From: an uncultured Verrucomicrobiota bacterium
GTDB lineage: Bacteria; Verrucomicrobiota; Verrucomicrobiia; Limisphaerales; JADLHS01
NCBI GenBank assembly: GCA_903828255.1
Contig: CAIKLQ010000829.1
Location: forward strand, 7,824 to 71,823
Length of the DNA stretch: 64,000 nt
Reading direction: 5' to 3'
Shown here: positions 18,795 to 27,647 of the stretch, piece by piece
Layout: each line of letters opens with the position of its first letter
How positions within the stretch are numbered: position 1 is the first letter of the stretch
Notes under the pieces: model-generated
Database searches by the model: none
What the model saw: only the letters and a program-made list of their open reading frames with translations
What the model was told of the DNA's origin: nothing
Made by a program: the position numbers and the translations under genes

Positions 18795-19436
18795 ATGATC
18801 GCTTCCGCCACCGGCCTCATCCTGCGCACGCGCCCGCTCACCGAGACCAGCGTGATCGTGAACTGGCTCACGCCGGAGTTCGGGCGCATCAGCACCGTGG
18901 CCAAAGGCGCGCGGCGGCCCAGGTCGCCCTTCGCGGGAAAACTGGATTTGTTTTACGAAGCCGACTTTAGTTACACCCGCAGCCGCCGCTCGGAACTGCA
19001 CACGCTTCGCGAAGTCGGTCTGCGCGAAACCCGTTCCGGCCTGCGCCGGGAGTTGGGCTATCTCCAGCAAGCCAGCTATGCCGCCGCGCTGATTGAACAG
19101 ACCACGGAAACGGAAACACCCGTGCCGGAAATATTTGAACTGGGGCGGGCCTTTTTGAATCATCTGCCAAAACAGCTGCCGCAACCGCGCAGCATTTACG
19201 CCTTCGAACTCAAGCTTCTGAACCTGCTGGGCTTGAAACCGGATTTATCTGGCAGCCGATTAGGGGGCGGCACCCAAGAAATCATCCGCGTTCTCCTCGA
19301 AAAGGATTGGCCCGACCTCGCCCCACTCAAGCCCGCTGCCGCCGAAGCCAAGGAGTTGCGCCAGTTCCTCCACGGTTTCCTGATTTTTCACTTGGGCAAG
19401 ATACTCAAAGGGAGGTCTGCGGCCATCTCGGTTTAG
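18795..19436 (+). CDS. recO: DNA repair protein RecO
   Basis: GLILRTRPLTETSVIVNWLTPEFGRISTVAKGARRPRSPFAGKLDLF is a typical RecO OB-fold N-terminus. The protein is 213 aa. Confidence 0.85.
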   Translation: MIASATGLILRTRPLTETSVIVNWLTPEFGRISTVAKGARRPRSPFAGKLDLFYEADFSYTRSRRSELHTLREVGLRETRSGLRRELGYLQQASYAAALIEQTTETETPVPEIFELGRAFLNHLPKQLPQPRSIYAFELKLLNLLGLKPDLSGSRLGGGTQEIIRVLLEKDWPDLAPLKPAAAEAKELRQFLHGFLIFHLGKILKGRSAAISV

Positions 19437-21265
19437 CGCGGGATGGGTTCGCCAGGCTCCGGCTCGACCCACTTGTTGTGTTCCTTGATGAGGTCAACGA
19501 GGCGTTCCACCGCGTCGGCTTCGGGGATGTTGAATTTGATCGGCGTCTTACCGACGTAGAGGTTGATCTTGCCGGGCGCGCCGCCCACGTAGCCGAAGTC
19601 CGCGTCGGCCATTTCGCCCGGGCCGTTCACGATGCAGCCCATGATGGCGATCTTCACGCCCTTGAGATGCTCCGTGCGCGTCTTGATCTGCGCGGTCACG
19701 GTCTGCAAGTTGAACAGCGTCCGCCCGCAACTCGGGCACGCGACGTAATCGGTCTTGAAGGAACGGCAGCCCGCCGCCTGCAAAATGTTGTAAGCCAACC
19801 GCAGTGATTGCCCACCGCCGGATTCGCCGCGCACCAGAATCGCGTCGCCAATCCCATCCGCCAGCAGTGAGCCGATGACGACCGAGGCGCGGAGCAGCGC
19901 GATTTTGGGCGGTAGCGGCCCGGGCGTTTCACCCGGGCGTTGATCGGCATTGGAACATACGGGCGAGACGCCCGTGCCACTAAGGCAATCTTTCAACAGA
20001 ATCGGATTTTTCCGACCCAGCCTTTTCAACTTCGCCGACAGCAAACGAAACGCCGTGATCGCTGGCAAGTTCACATCGTCTTTGACCGTGACGAGTTGGG
20101 TTTCACAGTTGATGTCGAAGTCCTGCGCCGGGTCCAGTTCCGCAATGTTTAGGTCCTCATAAACCGCTTCCGGCCTCACGTCGTCTTTCGGGCGAATCTT
20201 CGGCGCGACTTTGTCCCAGGTCGCGCGCGTGACCACGACGCGGATGAGTTGCTCGCTGCCGCACTTGGTCTGCTCGTTCAGTTCAATTTCAGGAGTCTCC
20301 CGCCTTTCAAAATGAAACGGATCAAACGGAAACTCAGAACTCGGAACTCGGAACTCGGAATGAGAAAGGACGGGGATTTGAACCAGTAAATCCCGGCACA
20401 CTTCGATCTCGCGTGGCGAATCTTCCGTCAGCGAAACGCGGATGGTATCGCCCAAGCCATCGCACAGCAGCGAGCCGATGCCGATGGCGCTCTTGATGCG
20501 CCCGTCCTCGCCTTCGCCCGCTTCCGTAACGCCGAGGTGAATCGGATAGTTCCAGTCCGGCCCTTCCTGCTCCAGCCGCGCAACGAGCAGGCGATAGCAA
20601 TGAATCATCACTTTCGGATTGCTCGACTTCATCGAGAACTTGAAGTTGTGGAAGTCGTGCTTGCGGCATAAGCGGGCGAACTCCAGCGCACTCTCCACCA
20701 TGCCGAGCGGCGTGTCGCCGAACCGGTTCATGATGCGGTCCGAGAGCGAGCCGTGGTTCGTGCCGATGCGCAGGGCGCGGTTCAACCGTTTGCACTCCAA
20801 AACTAGCGGGGTGAATTTTTCTTCGATGCGCGACAGCTCGGCAGTGTATTGCTCGTCGGTGTATTCCTTGATGGCGAATTTTTTTGAATCCGCGTAGTTG
20901 CCGGGATTCACCCGGACGACTTCGACCCACTTCACCGCTTCCATCGCCGCTTCCGGCTTGAAGTGAATGTCCGCCACAATCGGCACGTAGCAGCCGTGCT
21001 GGCGAAGTTCCGTGAAGATGTTCTCCAAATTCGCCGCGTCCTTCACCGTGGGGGCAGTGATGCGCACGATCTGGCAGCCGACCGCGACGAGGTCGAGAGT
21101 TTGCTGCACACTGGCCGCCGTGTCCATCGTGTCGCAGGTGATCATGGACTGCACGACGACCGGATGCCCGTTGCCGATGATGACCCCGCCGTTTCGAGGA
21201 TCACCGATGACGTTCTCGCGGGTCTGGCGGCGTTTGAACTGGTAAGGCGACTCGCAGTAGCGCAT
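19433..21265 (-). CDS. ispG: 4-hydroxy-3-methylbut-2-enyl diphosphate synthase, long form with inserted domain
   Basis: GNGHPVVVQSMITCDT, HLGVTEAGEGEDGRIKSAIGIGSLLCDGLGDTIRVSL and the C-terminal CPSCGRT...IMGCIVNGPGE Fe-S motifs are present. I chose the start at MRYCESPY (21265) to avoid overlap with rseP. Confidence 0.92.
   Translation of the reverse strand: MRYCESPYQFKRRQTRENVIGDPRNGGVIIGNGHPVVVQSMITCDTMDTAASVQQTLDLVAVGCQIVRITAPTVKDAANLENIFTELRQHGCYVPIVADIHFKPEAAMEAVKWVEVVRVNPGNYADSKKFAIKEYTDEQYTAELSRIEEKFTPLVLECKRLNRALRIGTNHGSLSDRIMNRFGDTPLGMVESALEFARLCRKHDFHNFKFSMKSSNPKVMIHCYRLLVARLEQEGPDWNYPIHLGVTEAGEGEDGRIKSAIGIGSLLCDGLGDTIRVSLTEDSPREIEVCRDLLVQIPVLSHSEFRVPSSEFPFDPFHFERRETPEIELNEQTKCGSEQLIRVVVTRATWDKVAPKIRPKDDVRPEAVYEDLNIAELDPAQDFDINCETQLVTVKDDVNLPAITAFRLLSAKLKRLGRKNPILLKDCLSGTGVSPVCSNADQRPGETPGPLPPKIALLRASVVIGSLLADGIGDAILVRGESGGGQSLRLAYNILQAAGCRSFKTDYVACPSCGRTLFNLQTVTAQIKTRTEHLKGVKIAIMGCIVNGPGEMADADFGYVGGAPGKINLYVGKTPIKFNIPEADAVERLVDLIKEHNKWVEPEPGEPIPR
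20331..20365. repeat. tandem heptamer array inside ispG
   Basis: The array reads aactcag aactcgg aactcgg aactcgg aatgaga. On the coding strand it translates to SHSEFRVPSSEF. Confidence 0.85.
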
Positions 21266-21273
21266 GGCGGGCG

Positions 21274-22698
21274 TCAGGGTTTCGGCGCGAAGACAATCGG
21301 TTGTTCTTGATCCCGATCTTGCCGGCCCGATCGAATCCAATCCCCCGCATCGAAGAACGCGATGAACAACATGAATCCGATCAGCAGCACGGCGAAACCG
21401 GATTGGATGTAATTGAGCAGCCGCGCGCTCACGGGCCGGCGGCGAATGACTTCGACCATCGCGAGCAGGATGTGTCCGCCGTCGAGCACGGGAAGCGGCA
21501 GCAGATTAAGCATCGCTAGATTCACGTTGAGAATGACGCTGAACCAGAGCACGCGCCGCCAGCCGTTTTCGCTGTCGAAGAAACTTTTGTAGGCGCGAAT
21601 GATCATGATCGCCCCGCCGAGTTGCTGGGCCCCGACGTCGGACTTGCGCGAAAAAACGGTGCCGATGGTGGCGAAAATCTGGCCGGCGCTTTCGCGAATC
21701 TGTTCCAGCGGGCCAGGGTGGACGAGGGTTTCGGTCGAGCGGACCACATAGCCGAGGAATCCGAAGGACGGACCAGCCTTGGCAGGCGTGAGGGGTTTCT
21801 CGGCCGTGATCGTGCGCTCGAACTCTTCCTGACCGCGTCGAATGGTCAGCGCGAGCGGCTTGATCGGACCGTTCGTAAGCATTTCTTCCTCGTGCATGAG
21901 GGCGATCGGGCTGAAGATTTTTTCGCCGTTGACCGCGATGACTTCGTCGTCCGCCTTCAAGCCCGCGAGCGCGGCGGGACTGTTGCTCACCACGCCAGCG
22001 ATGATCGCGGGCTGCGTCGGTCCGACGAGAATTTTCCGGAGCGATTTGCGCTCATACCACTTGTTTGGGGCTTTGTAAGGCGTGGCAAAGGCGGTGTCTT
22101 CCTTGCCATTGCGGGAGTAGCGAACGGCAATGTTCGTGCCCTCGCTCGTCACGATTCGCCACGTAAGGCTGTCCTGTGCCGGCGGGGCGAATTGCGTCAC
22201 CGACTTCTCGTCAATGGCTAAAATCTTGTCGCCGGGTCGGAGGCCCGCTTTCCAAGCCGGACCGCTCGGATCCACCCAGCCGAGGGTCGTGGAGTCCTTG
22301 GCGTTTTGCTGCGGCTTGCCCACCTGCCAAACAACGAACGCAAACACGACCGCCAAGAGGAAGCTGAAAAGCGGCCCGGCGAACGCGACGATGATTTTGT
22401 CCAGCGCCGAGACGTTGGGCAACGGTTCGTCGCCGTTCTCGCCTTTGCCTTCGATCAACTCCATGGTGGCCATCTGCGGCAGCGCGACGTAGCCGCCGGC
22501 GGGAATCCACCCGAGCGCGTATTCGACGCCGTTGATGGTTTTCTTCCAGATTGGCTTGCCGAACCAGATGGCGAAGCGGTCCACTTTCAAGCCGCGCCAG
22601 CGCGCGGCGTAAAAATGCCCCAGCTCGTGGACGAAGATAAGCAGATTCAGCGCGAACAGCGCTTCCAGCACGGTTAAGATGATTTTCAAGATGGCCAT
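21274..22698 (-). CDS. rseP: RIP metalloprotease RseP (site-2 protease, M50) with PDZ domains
   Basis: HELGHFYAARWRGLKVDRF (HExxH) and NLLPLPVLDGGHIL are present, with PDZ-like segments. Confidence 0.9.
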   Translation of the reverse strand: MAILKIILTVLEALFALNLLIFVHELGHFYAARWRGLKVDRFAIWFGKPIWKKTINGVEYALGWIPAGGYVALPQMATMELIEGKGENGDEPLPNVSALDKIIVAFAGPLFSFLLAVVFAFVVWQVGKPQQNAKDSTTLGWVDPSGPAWKAGLRPGDKILAIDEKSVTQFAPPAQDSLTWRIVTSEGTNIAVRYSRNGKEDTAFATPYKAPNKWYERKSLRKILVGPTQPAIIAGVVSNSPAALAGLKADDEVIAVNGEKIFSPIALMHEEEMLTNGPIKPLALTIRRGQEEFERTITAEKPLTPAKAGPSFGFLGYVVRSTETLVHPGPLEQIRESAGQIFATIGTVFSRKSDVGAQQLGGAIMIIRAYKSFFDSENGWRRVLWFSVILNVNLAMLNLLPLPVLDGGHILLAMVEVIRRRPVSARLLNYIQSGFAVLLIGFMLFIAFFDAGDWIRSGRQDRDQEQPIVFAPKP

Positions 22699-22850
22699 GT
22701 TCTAAAATAGATCAGCCCACTATAAACAGGGGCGTTGGCATAATAGCAGTGAATCGCCGGGCCGCAATGACGGGTTCCGCCCTTGAACCAGCGGATCAGA
22801 CGAGGCGCTGGGGATTGACGAATGGCTGTTCGTGAGCGCCAGGCCATTCG

Positions 22851-24017
22851 TCATTTGCCATTCGTTATTTTTCCGGTTTCGCTTCGCGCCCACGCGTCGG
22901 CTTCGAGGATTTGTTTCAGCGTCGGATGTGCAACGACCGAGTGCGCGGCCATCGTGGCGCTGACGGTTGCGGTGATCTGCGGGAAATTGATTCTTCGATT
23001 CACGAACGCTTCGACCGCGATTTCGTTCGCAGCGTTCAATACAGCGGGCAACGTGCCGCCGATTTCGCCGGCGCGGCGGGCCAGAGAGAGCGCGGGAAAA
23101 CGCTCCGGGTCTGGTTCTTCAAACGTGAGGCAGCCGATTTTTGGAAAATCCGTCTGCACCCGGTCGCTGGCGGCGCGGTCGGGGTAGGTGAGGGCGTATT
23201 GGATCGGCAGGCACATGTCGGGTGTGGAAAGTTGCGCGATTAACGAACCATCCACGAACTCCACCATTGAGTGAACGACGCTTTGCGGATGCACCACCAC
23301 GCCGACGCGTGGCATCTCGACATCAAACAGCCAGCGCGCTTCGATCATCTCCAGCCCCTTGTTGAACAGCGTCGCGGAATCAATCGTGATCTTGCGGCCC
23401 ATGACCCACGACGGATGTTTGAGGGCGCGTTCGACCGTGATTTCGGAAAACTTTTCCTTCGGCCACAGCGCCGCGTCGCGAAACGGCCCGCCGCTGGCCG
23501 TGAGCCAGAGTTTGCGCACGAATGAAGCCGGCTTGCCGTCGAGACACTGGAAGATCGCCGAGTGTTCGCTGTCCACCGCGAGCACGCGGACGCCGTGCTG
23601 GCGTGCCTCGTTCATCACGATCTCGCCGGCCATGACGAGAATTTCCTTCGACGCGACGGCGATGTCTTTCCCCGCACGGATCGCGGCCAACGCCGGTTGC
23701 AAACCCGCCGTGCCGACGATGGCGATGAGCACGATGTCCGCCGCTGGCAGGGTGGCCAGTTTTAGCAGGCCTTCATTGCCGGAATAAACTTCGATCGCCG
23801 TGCCGACGGCATCTCGAAGCGCCTGTGCCTTCGCGGGTTCGCTGATGGAAATGGCAGCGGGCTGATGCTTCCGCGCTTGATCAAGCAGCAACTCGGAGTT
23901 GTTGCCCGCCGCGAGCGCCAGCAGGCGGATGCGATCCGGCAAATCCTCAACCACCTTGACGGTGCTCGTGCCGATGGATCCGGTCGAACCGAGTAAAACA
24001 ACGTTCTTCATTCGCAA
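22851..24017 (-). CDS. dxr: 1-deoxy-D-xylulose 5-phosphate reductoisomerase
   Basis: LLGSTGSIGTST, LAVDSEHSAIFQCL and NKGLEMIEARWLF are present. Confidence 0.95.
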   Translation of the reverse strand: MRMKNVVLLGSTGSIGTSTVKVVEDLPDRIRLLALAAGNNSELLLDQARKHQPAAISISEPAKAQALRDAVGTAIEVYSGNEGLLKLATLPAADIVLIAIVGTAGLQPALAAIRAGKDIAVASKEILVMAGEIVMNEARQHGVRVLAVDSEHSAIFQCLDGKPASFVRKLWLTASGGPFRDAALWPKEKFSEITVERALKHPSWVMGRKITIDSATLFNKGLEMIEARWLFDVEMPRVGVVVHPQSVVHSMVEFVDGSLIAQLSTPDMCLPIQYALTYPDRAASDRVQTDFPKIGCLTFEEPDPERFPALSLARRAGEIGGTLPAVLNAANEIAVEAFVNRRINFPQITATVSATMAAHSVVAHPTLKQILEADAWARSETGKITNGK

Positions 24018-24090
24018 AAAACTCTCACCGCCACGAATCTTTCATAGCACCCGGCTTCAGCCAGGGGTTCTGGCGCTCAGGCTGATCCAG

Positions 24091-24176
24091 CCGTTTCAAC
24101 GGCTTTCCGTTGCGGGCAAACCGTTGAAATGGTTTAGCCCTCCGTCCACCGCTGACCCCCAATTGAAGTTGGGGGT
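24091..24176. repeat. two stem-loops filling the dxr-cdsA spacer
   Basis: ccgtttcaacgg (24091-24102) pairs with ccgttgaaatgg (24121-24132). acccccaa (24155-24162) pairs with ttgggggt (24169-24176). Confidence 0.65.
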
Positions 24177-24193
24177 TAATGAGAATGGCTTCG

Positions 24194-25132
24194 TCATGGG
24201 TGGGTCAGGACATGCCGCAAATACAGATACATGATGGGCGCATTAAACAGCAGGCTGTCCAGCAAGTCGAGGATGCCGCCGATGCCGGGGAAAAACTTCC
24301 CCGAATCCTTCACCCCCGCTTCGCGTTTGAACAGCGATTCGATCAAGTCGCCGATGACCGCGGCGGTACTCAACACGACGCCCAGCACGACGGCGTGCAG
24401 CGGGGTCATGCCGGGCATCTTGTCGCCGAGGAAATGCGTGAACACTAGGCTTGCTGCCGTGGAGACGACGATCGCCCCGCCGAAGCCCTCCCAGGTCTTG
24501 CCGGGGCTGATGCGCGGAATCATCTTGTGCTTTCCGATCAGCGAGCCAACGGCATAGGCGCCGGTGTCGCTGAACTTGGTGACCAAGATGAAGTAGAGCA
24601 CGTAGTATTTGCCGTTGCTGTCGAGGCCGGGAAAAAAATTGATCTTCTGGATGAAGTTGAGCAGCCACGGGACATACATGAGGCCGAAGAGCGTGGTGGA
24701 GATGGCGAGGATTCCCGTCGTATTGCTTTTGGCAACAAACTGGCGCACGCAGAGCCCGAGCACGAACAGGATGAGGAAGCTTACCTCGAAGTCGTTCACG
24801 CGCGCGGGCGAGTCGTAGATGCCCAACCTGCCGGTGCAATGCAGAAAAGTTCCCCCCATCAGCAGCACCCCGCCGAACAGTCCCCACCATTTGAAACAAA
24901 CGAAATCGCGCTTCTCGACCATTCCGTAAAATTCCGCCAACCCGAAGGCGGCGAGCGCCGTCATGATGACGAGAAAGACATAATCCGAGATCAGCTTGTG
25001 GCCGGAAAACATGGCCGCCAAGATGACCGACCACAGGATGACGGCGGAGACAAGCCGTCGCAGAAAGGTTTTCAGCTTGGAAGTTGCCGGGCCGGTCGGC
25101 GCGGCTGGTTTGAGATGCGATTCGCTGTTCAC
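24194..25132 (-). CDS. cdsA: phosphatidate cytidylyltransferase
   Basis: The protein is multi-TM. The C-terminal signature SLFKREAGVKDSGKFFPGIGGILDLLDSLLF is typical of CdsA. Confidence 0.85.
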   Translation of the reverse strand: MNSESHLKPAAPTGPATSKLKTFLRRLVSAVILWSVILAAMFSGHKLISDYVFLVIMTALAAFGLAEFYGMVEKRDFVCFKWWGLFGGVLLMGGTFLHCTGRLGIYDSPARVNDFEVSFLILFVLGLCVRQFVAKSNTTGILAISTTLFGLMYVPWLLNFIQKINFFPGLDSNGKYYVLYFILVTKFSDTGAYAVGSLIGKHKMIPRISPGKTWEGFGGAIVVSTAASLVFTHFLGDKMPGMTPLHAVVLGVVLSTAAVIGDLIESLFKREAGVKDSGKFFPGIGGILDLLDSLLFNAPIMYLYLRHVLTHP

Positions 25133-25192
25133 GCGTTGCGGGACGTTTGTTTCAAGCGCGGATCGTAAATCGAAAATTGCAAACCGTAAACC

Positions 25193-25930
25193 TCAGACTC
25201 CGCCAAACCGCCGGTGCCGCCGGGCGTAGTCTTCCAACGCGGCGATTAATTGCGGCTTGCGGAAATCCGGCCAGAACGTGGGCGTGATGACGAGTTCTGC
25301 GTAACTGATCTGCCAGAGCAGAAAATTGCTCACGCGCATTTCGCCACTGGTGCGGATCAAGACGTCGGGATCGGGAATGTTTCGCGTCCAGAGATGTTGC
25401 GAGATGACCTGTTCATTGATGTCCGCGGGGTCGAGCTTGCCTTCCTTGACTTTCGTGGCGATGCCGCGGACGGCTTCGATAATTTCAATGCGGCTGCCGT
25501 AGCTCAATGCCATGACGAGCGTCAGGCCGTTGTTCTTGGCCAGCGTGTGCATTGTCTTCTTGAGCTGCTCCTGCACGTGATCCGGCAGGCGATAGATTTG
25601 TCCAATGACCTCCAGTTTGACGTTGTTCTTGTTGAGGTCGGCGGTCTCGGTCTTGAGATAATGGACGAGATATTTCATCAACGCGTCCACTTCATCCTTG
25701 GGGCGATTCCAATTCTCCGCCGAGAAGGCGTAGAGGGTGAGATACTTGATGCCCAGTTCGCCGGCGGCGCGAATAATCGCCCGCGCGGATTCGGCACCCT
25801 GGCGATGCCCCTCGATGCGCGGCAGCCCGCGTTGCTTCGCCCAACGCCCGTTGCCGTCCATGATCACAGCTACGTGCTGGGGCAGGGAGGCTTTGGCTTC
25901 GGGCGAGAGATGGGGCGTGGCTGTGCTCAT
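25193..25930 (-). CDS. uppS: di-trans,poly-cis-undecaprenyl-diphosphate synthase
   Basis: HVAVIMDGNGRWAKQRGLPRIEGHRQG, LTLYAFSAENWNRP and IRTSGEMRVSNFLLWQISYAE are present. Confidence 0.95.
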   Translation of the reverse strand: MSTATPHLSPEAKASLPQHVAVIMDGNGRWAKQRGLPRIEGHRQGAESARAIIRAAGELGIKYLTLYAFSAENWNRPKDEVDALMKYLVHYLKTETADLNKNNVKLEVIGQIYRLPDHVQEQLKKTMHTLAKNNGLTLVMALSYGSRIEIIEAVRGIATKVKEGKLDPADINEQVISQHLWTRNIPDPDVLIRTSGEMRVSNFLLWQISYAELVITPTFWPDFRKPQLIAALEDYARRHRRFGGV

Positions 25931-25970
25931 CGGATTTCAGACCGGGGGCCGGGGTGAGAAGAAGAAGATA

Positions 25971-26059
25971 AACGCCGGGACGCTGAGGCGGCGGAGAATC
26001 GCAGAGAAGAAATCGGTTTCATCGCTGCACCTCTCCGGGTTCTCCCCGCCCTCTGCGTT
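25971..26059. repeat. inverted pair of a short dispersed repeat in the uppS-purA spacer
   Basis: The reverse complement of 25971-26009 (..gattctccgccgcctcagcgtcc..) resembles 26031-26059 (..ggttctccccgccctctgcgtt..). The match is imperfect. Confidence 0.4.
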
Positions 26060-26083
26060 AAACAAGCCCCTCGTCATACCGGC

Positions 26084-27352
26084 TCACACGAATATCGTCT
26101 GATCGCGACCCGGCCCAACCGACGCGATGTGGAGCTTCGCCCCGGTGAGTTCCGCGATGGCTTTCAGGTAGTCGCGCGCTTTGGCCGGGAGTTGCTTCCA
26201 GGACTTCGCCTCGTGTGTCGGCGTGAGCCAGCCCTCGAAATCGGCGTAAACCGGCACGCATCGGGCCAGGATTTCCGCGTCGTTGGGCACATAATCCAAA
26301 CGCTTCTTGCCGTCCCGATAGGCGATGCAAACCCGGATCGTTTCCACCGTGTCGAGTCCGTCGAGGTTTGTGACGGCGAGATCGTCAATGCCGTTGACCA
26401 TCGTTGCGTGCCGTGTGGCGACGGAGTCAAACCATCCGCAGCGTCGCGCCCGGCCTGTCGTGGCGCCGAACTCGCGGCCCATCCCGTGCAGTAAGTCGGA
26501 GATGTCCGCGTTCTCGGTCGGCAACGGTCCCTCGCCCACGCGTGTCGTGTAGGCTTTCATCACGCCAACCACGCGGTCCATGCGATGCGGCGGCACTCCC
26601 GAGCCGGTGCAAGCCCCGCCCGCCGTGGTGTTCGACGAGGTGACGTAAGGATACGTGCCGTGATCCAAGTCCAGAAAAGTCCCTTGCGCCCCTTCAAACA
26701 AAAGGTCCTCGCCACGGGACATCGCCCGGTGCAGCAGCACCACGGTGTTGGCGACAAAGGGTTTCAGGTAGTCGCCCGCGGTGCGGTATTCCGCGAGGAC
26801 TTGCTTGAAGGAAAGCGGTTTGGCGCCCAGCGCCTTGAGCACTTCATTGTTCTCCTTGAGGCGGCGCGACAGTTTTTCCTCGAAGCGCGCCGGGTCAACG
26901 AGATCTATCATTCGCAGACCAACCCGGGCGGCTTTGTCGCCGTAAGCCGGGCCGATGCCGCGCTTGGTGGTGCCGATCTTGTGTTTGCCCTTGAGCACTT
27001 CGCGCTGGGCGTCCAGTTCGCGGTGATATGGCAGCACGACGTGGGCCGTTTCGCTTACGACGAGATTCTTCTCAACCTTCACGCCGAGCTTGAGCAAGCC
27101 GTTGATTTCGTTCACCAAGCCAACCGGGTCCACGACCACGCCGTTGCCGATGACGCAGAGTTTGCTCGGGCGCAAAATCCCGGACGGAATCAGATGCAGG
27201 ACGTATTTCTGTTTGCCGACCCAAACCGTGTGGCCGGCGTTGTTGCCGCCCGCGTAACGCACGACGACGTCCGCCTGCTCGGTTAGAACGTCAATGATTT
27301 TGCCTTTGCCCTCGTCACCCCATTGGGCGCCGACCAGAATTGTATTTGCCAT
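26084..27352 (-). CDS. purA: adenylosuccinate synthase
   Basis: VGAQWGDEGKGKIIDVL, GTTKRGIGPAY and GATTGRARRCGWFD are present. Confidence 0.97.
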   Translation of the reverse strand: MANTILVGAQWGDEGKGKIIDVLTEQADVVVRYAGGNNAGHTVWVGKQKYVLHLIPSGILRPSKLCVIGNGVVVDPVGLVNEINGLLKLGVKVEKNLVVSETAHVVLPYHRELDAQREVLKGKHKIGTTKRGIGPAYGDKAARVGLRMIDLVDPARFEEKLSRRLKENNEVLKALGAKPLSFKQVLAEYRTAGDYLKPFVANTVVLLHRAMSRGEDLLFEGAQGTFLDLDHGTYPYVTSSNTTAGGACTGSGVPPHRMDRVVGVMKAYTTRVGEGPLPTENADISDLLHGMGREFGATTGRARRCGWFDSVATRHATMVNGIDDLAVTNLDGLDTVETIRVCIAYRDGKKRLDYVPNDAEILARCVPVYADFEGWLTPTHEAKSWKQLPAKARDYLKAIAELTGAKLHIASVGPGRDQTIFV

Positions 27353-27440
27353 AAATTATAGTTTGGATCGCGGCTTTTGAGAGCCGCAGCAAGCTCCGTC
27401 ATCTCACGAGCTTCGGCAAAGACCGCGCCGCCAGGGAACC

Positions 27441-27470
27441 AACAAAAAGCCCCGAAATCGTTTTCGGGGC
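27441..27470 (-). terminator. intrinsic-terminator-like hairpin in the purA 5' leader
   Basis: On the minus strand the sequence is GCCCCGAAA-acga-TTTCGGGGC, a 9-bp stem, followed by TTTTTGTT. It sits 89 nt upstream of the purA ATG. Confidence 0.5.
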
Positions 27471-27495
27471 AAAGCGCTGCAATCTTTGCCGGCAA

Positions 27496-27524
27496 AAGCT
27501 AGGAAGCGACGGTATCAGTGTCAA
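27496..27524 (-). promoter_or_regulatory. sigma70-like promoter candidate for purA
   Basis: On the minus strand, TTGACA (27524-27519) is followed by a 17-nt spacer and TAGCTT (27501-27496). This is a consensus match only; promoter rules for this lineage are not well known to me. Confidence 0.3.
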
Positions 27525-27647
27525 CGCGGGATTGGACAAAACCGCTCGGGCGCATCTCCGTTTCTGCCTCGGTTTCAAGGCCGCCCGTGGTTGCACTTCC
27601 GCAGGTGGCGGTTGAACCTCGCCCCGGAAGTCGGTAGCGTGGCAGAA

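Noticed and set aside
21266-21340. N-terminal extension of the ispG ORF
   Set aside because: It would overlap the 3' end of rseP by 67 nt. The conserved IspG sequence starts at MRYCESPY.
27486-27647. N-terminal extension of the rdgB ORF
   Set aside because: Arg-rich and without homology. RdgB homologues begin at the MISLLIATRN-type sequence (ATG 27648). The region also holds the candidate purA promoter on the other strand.
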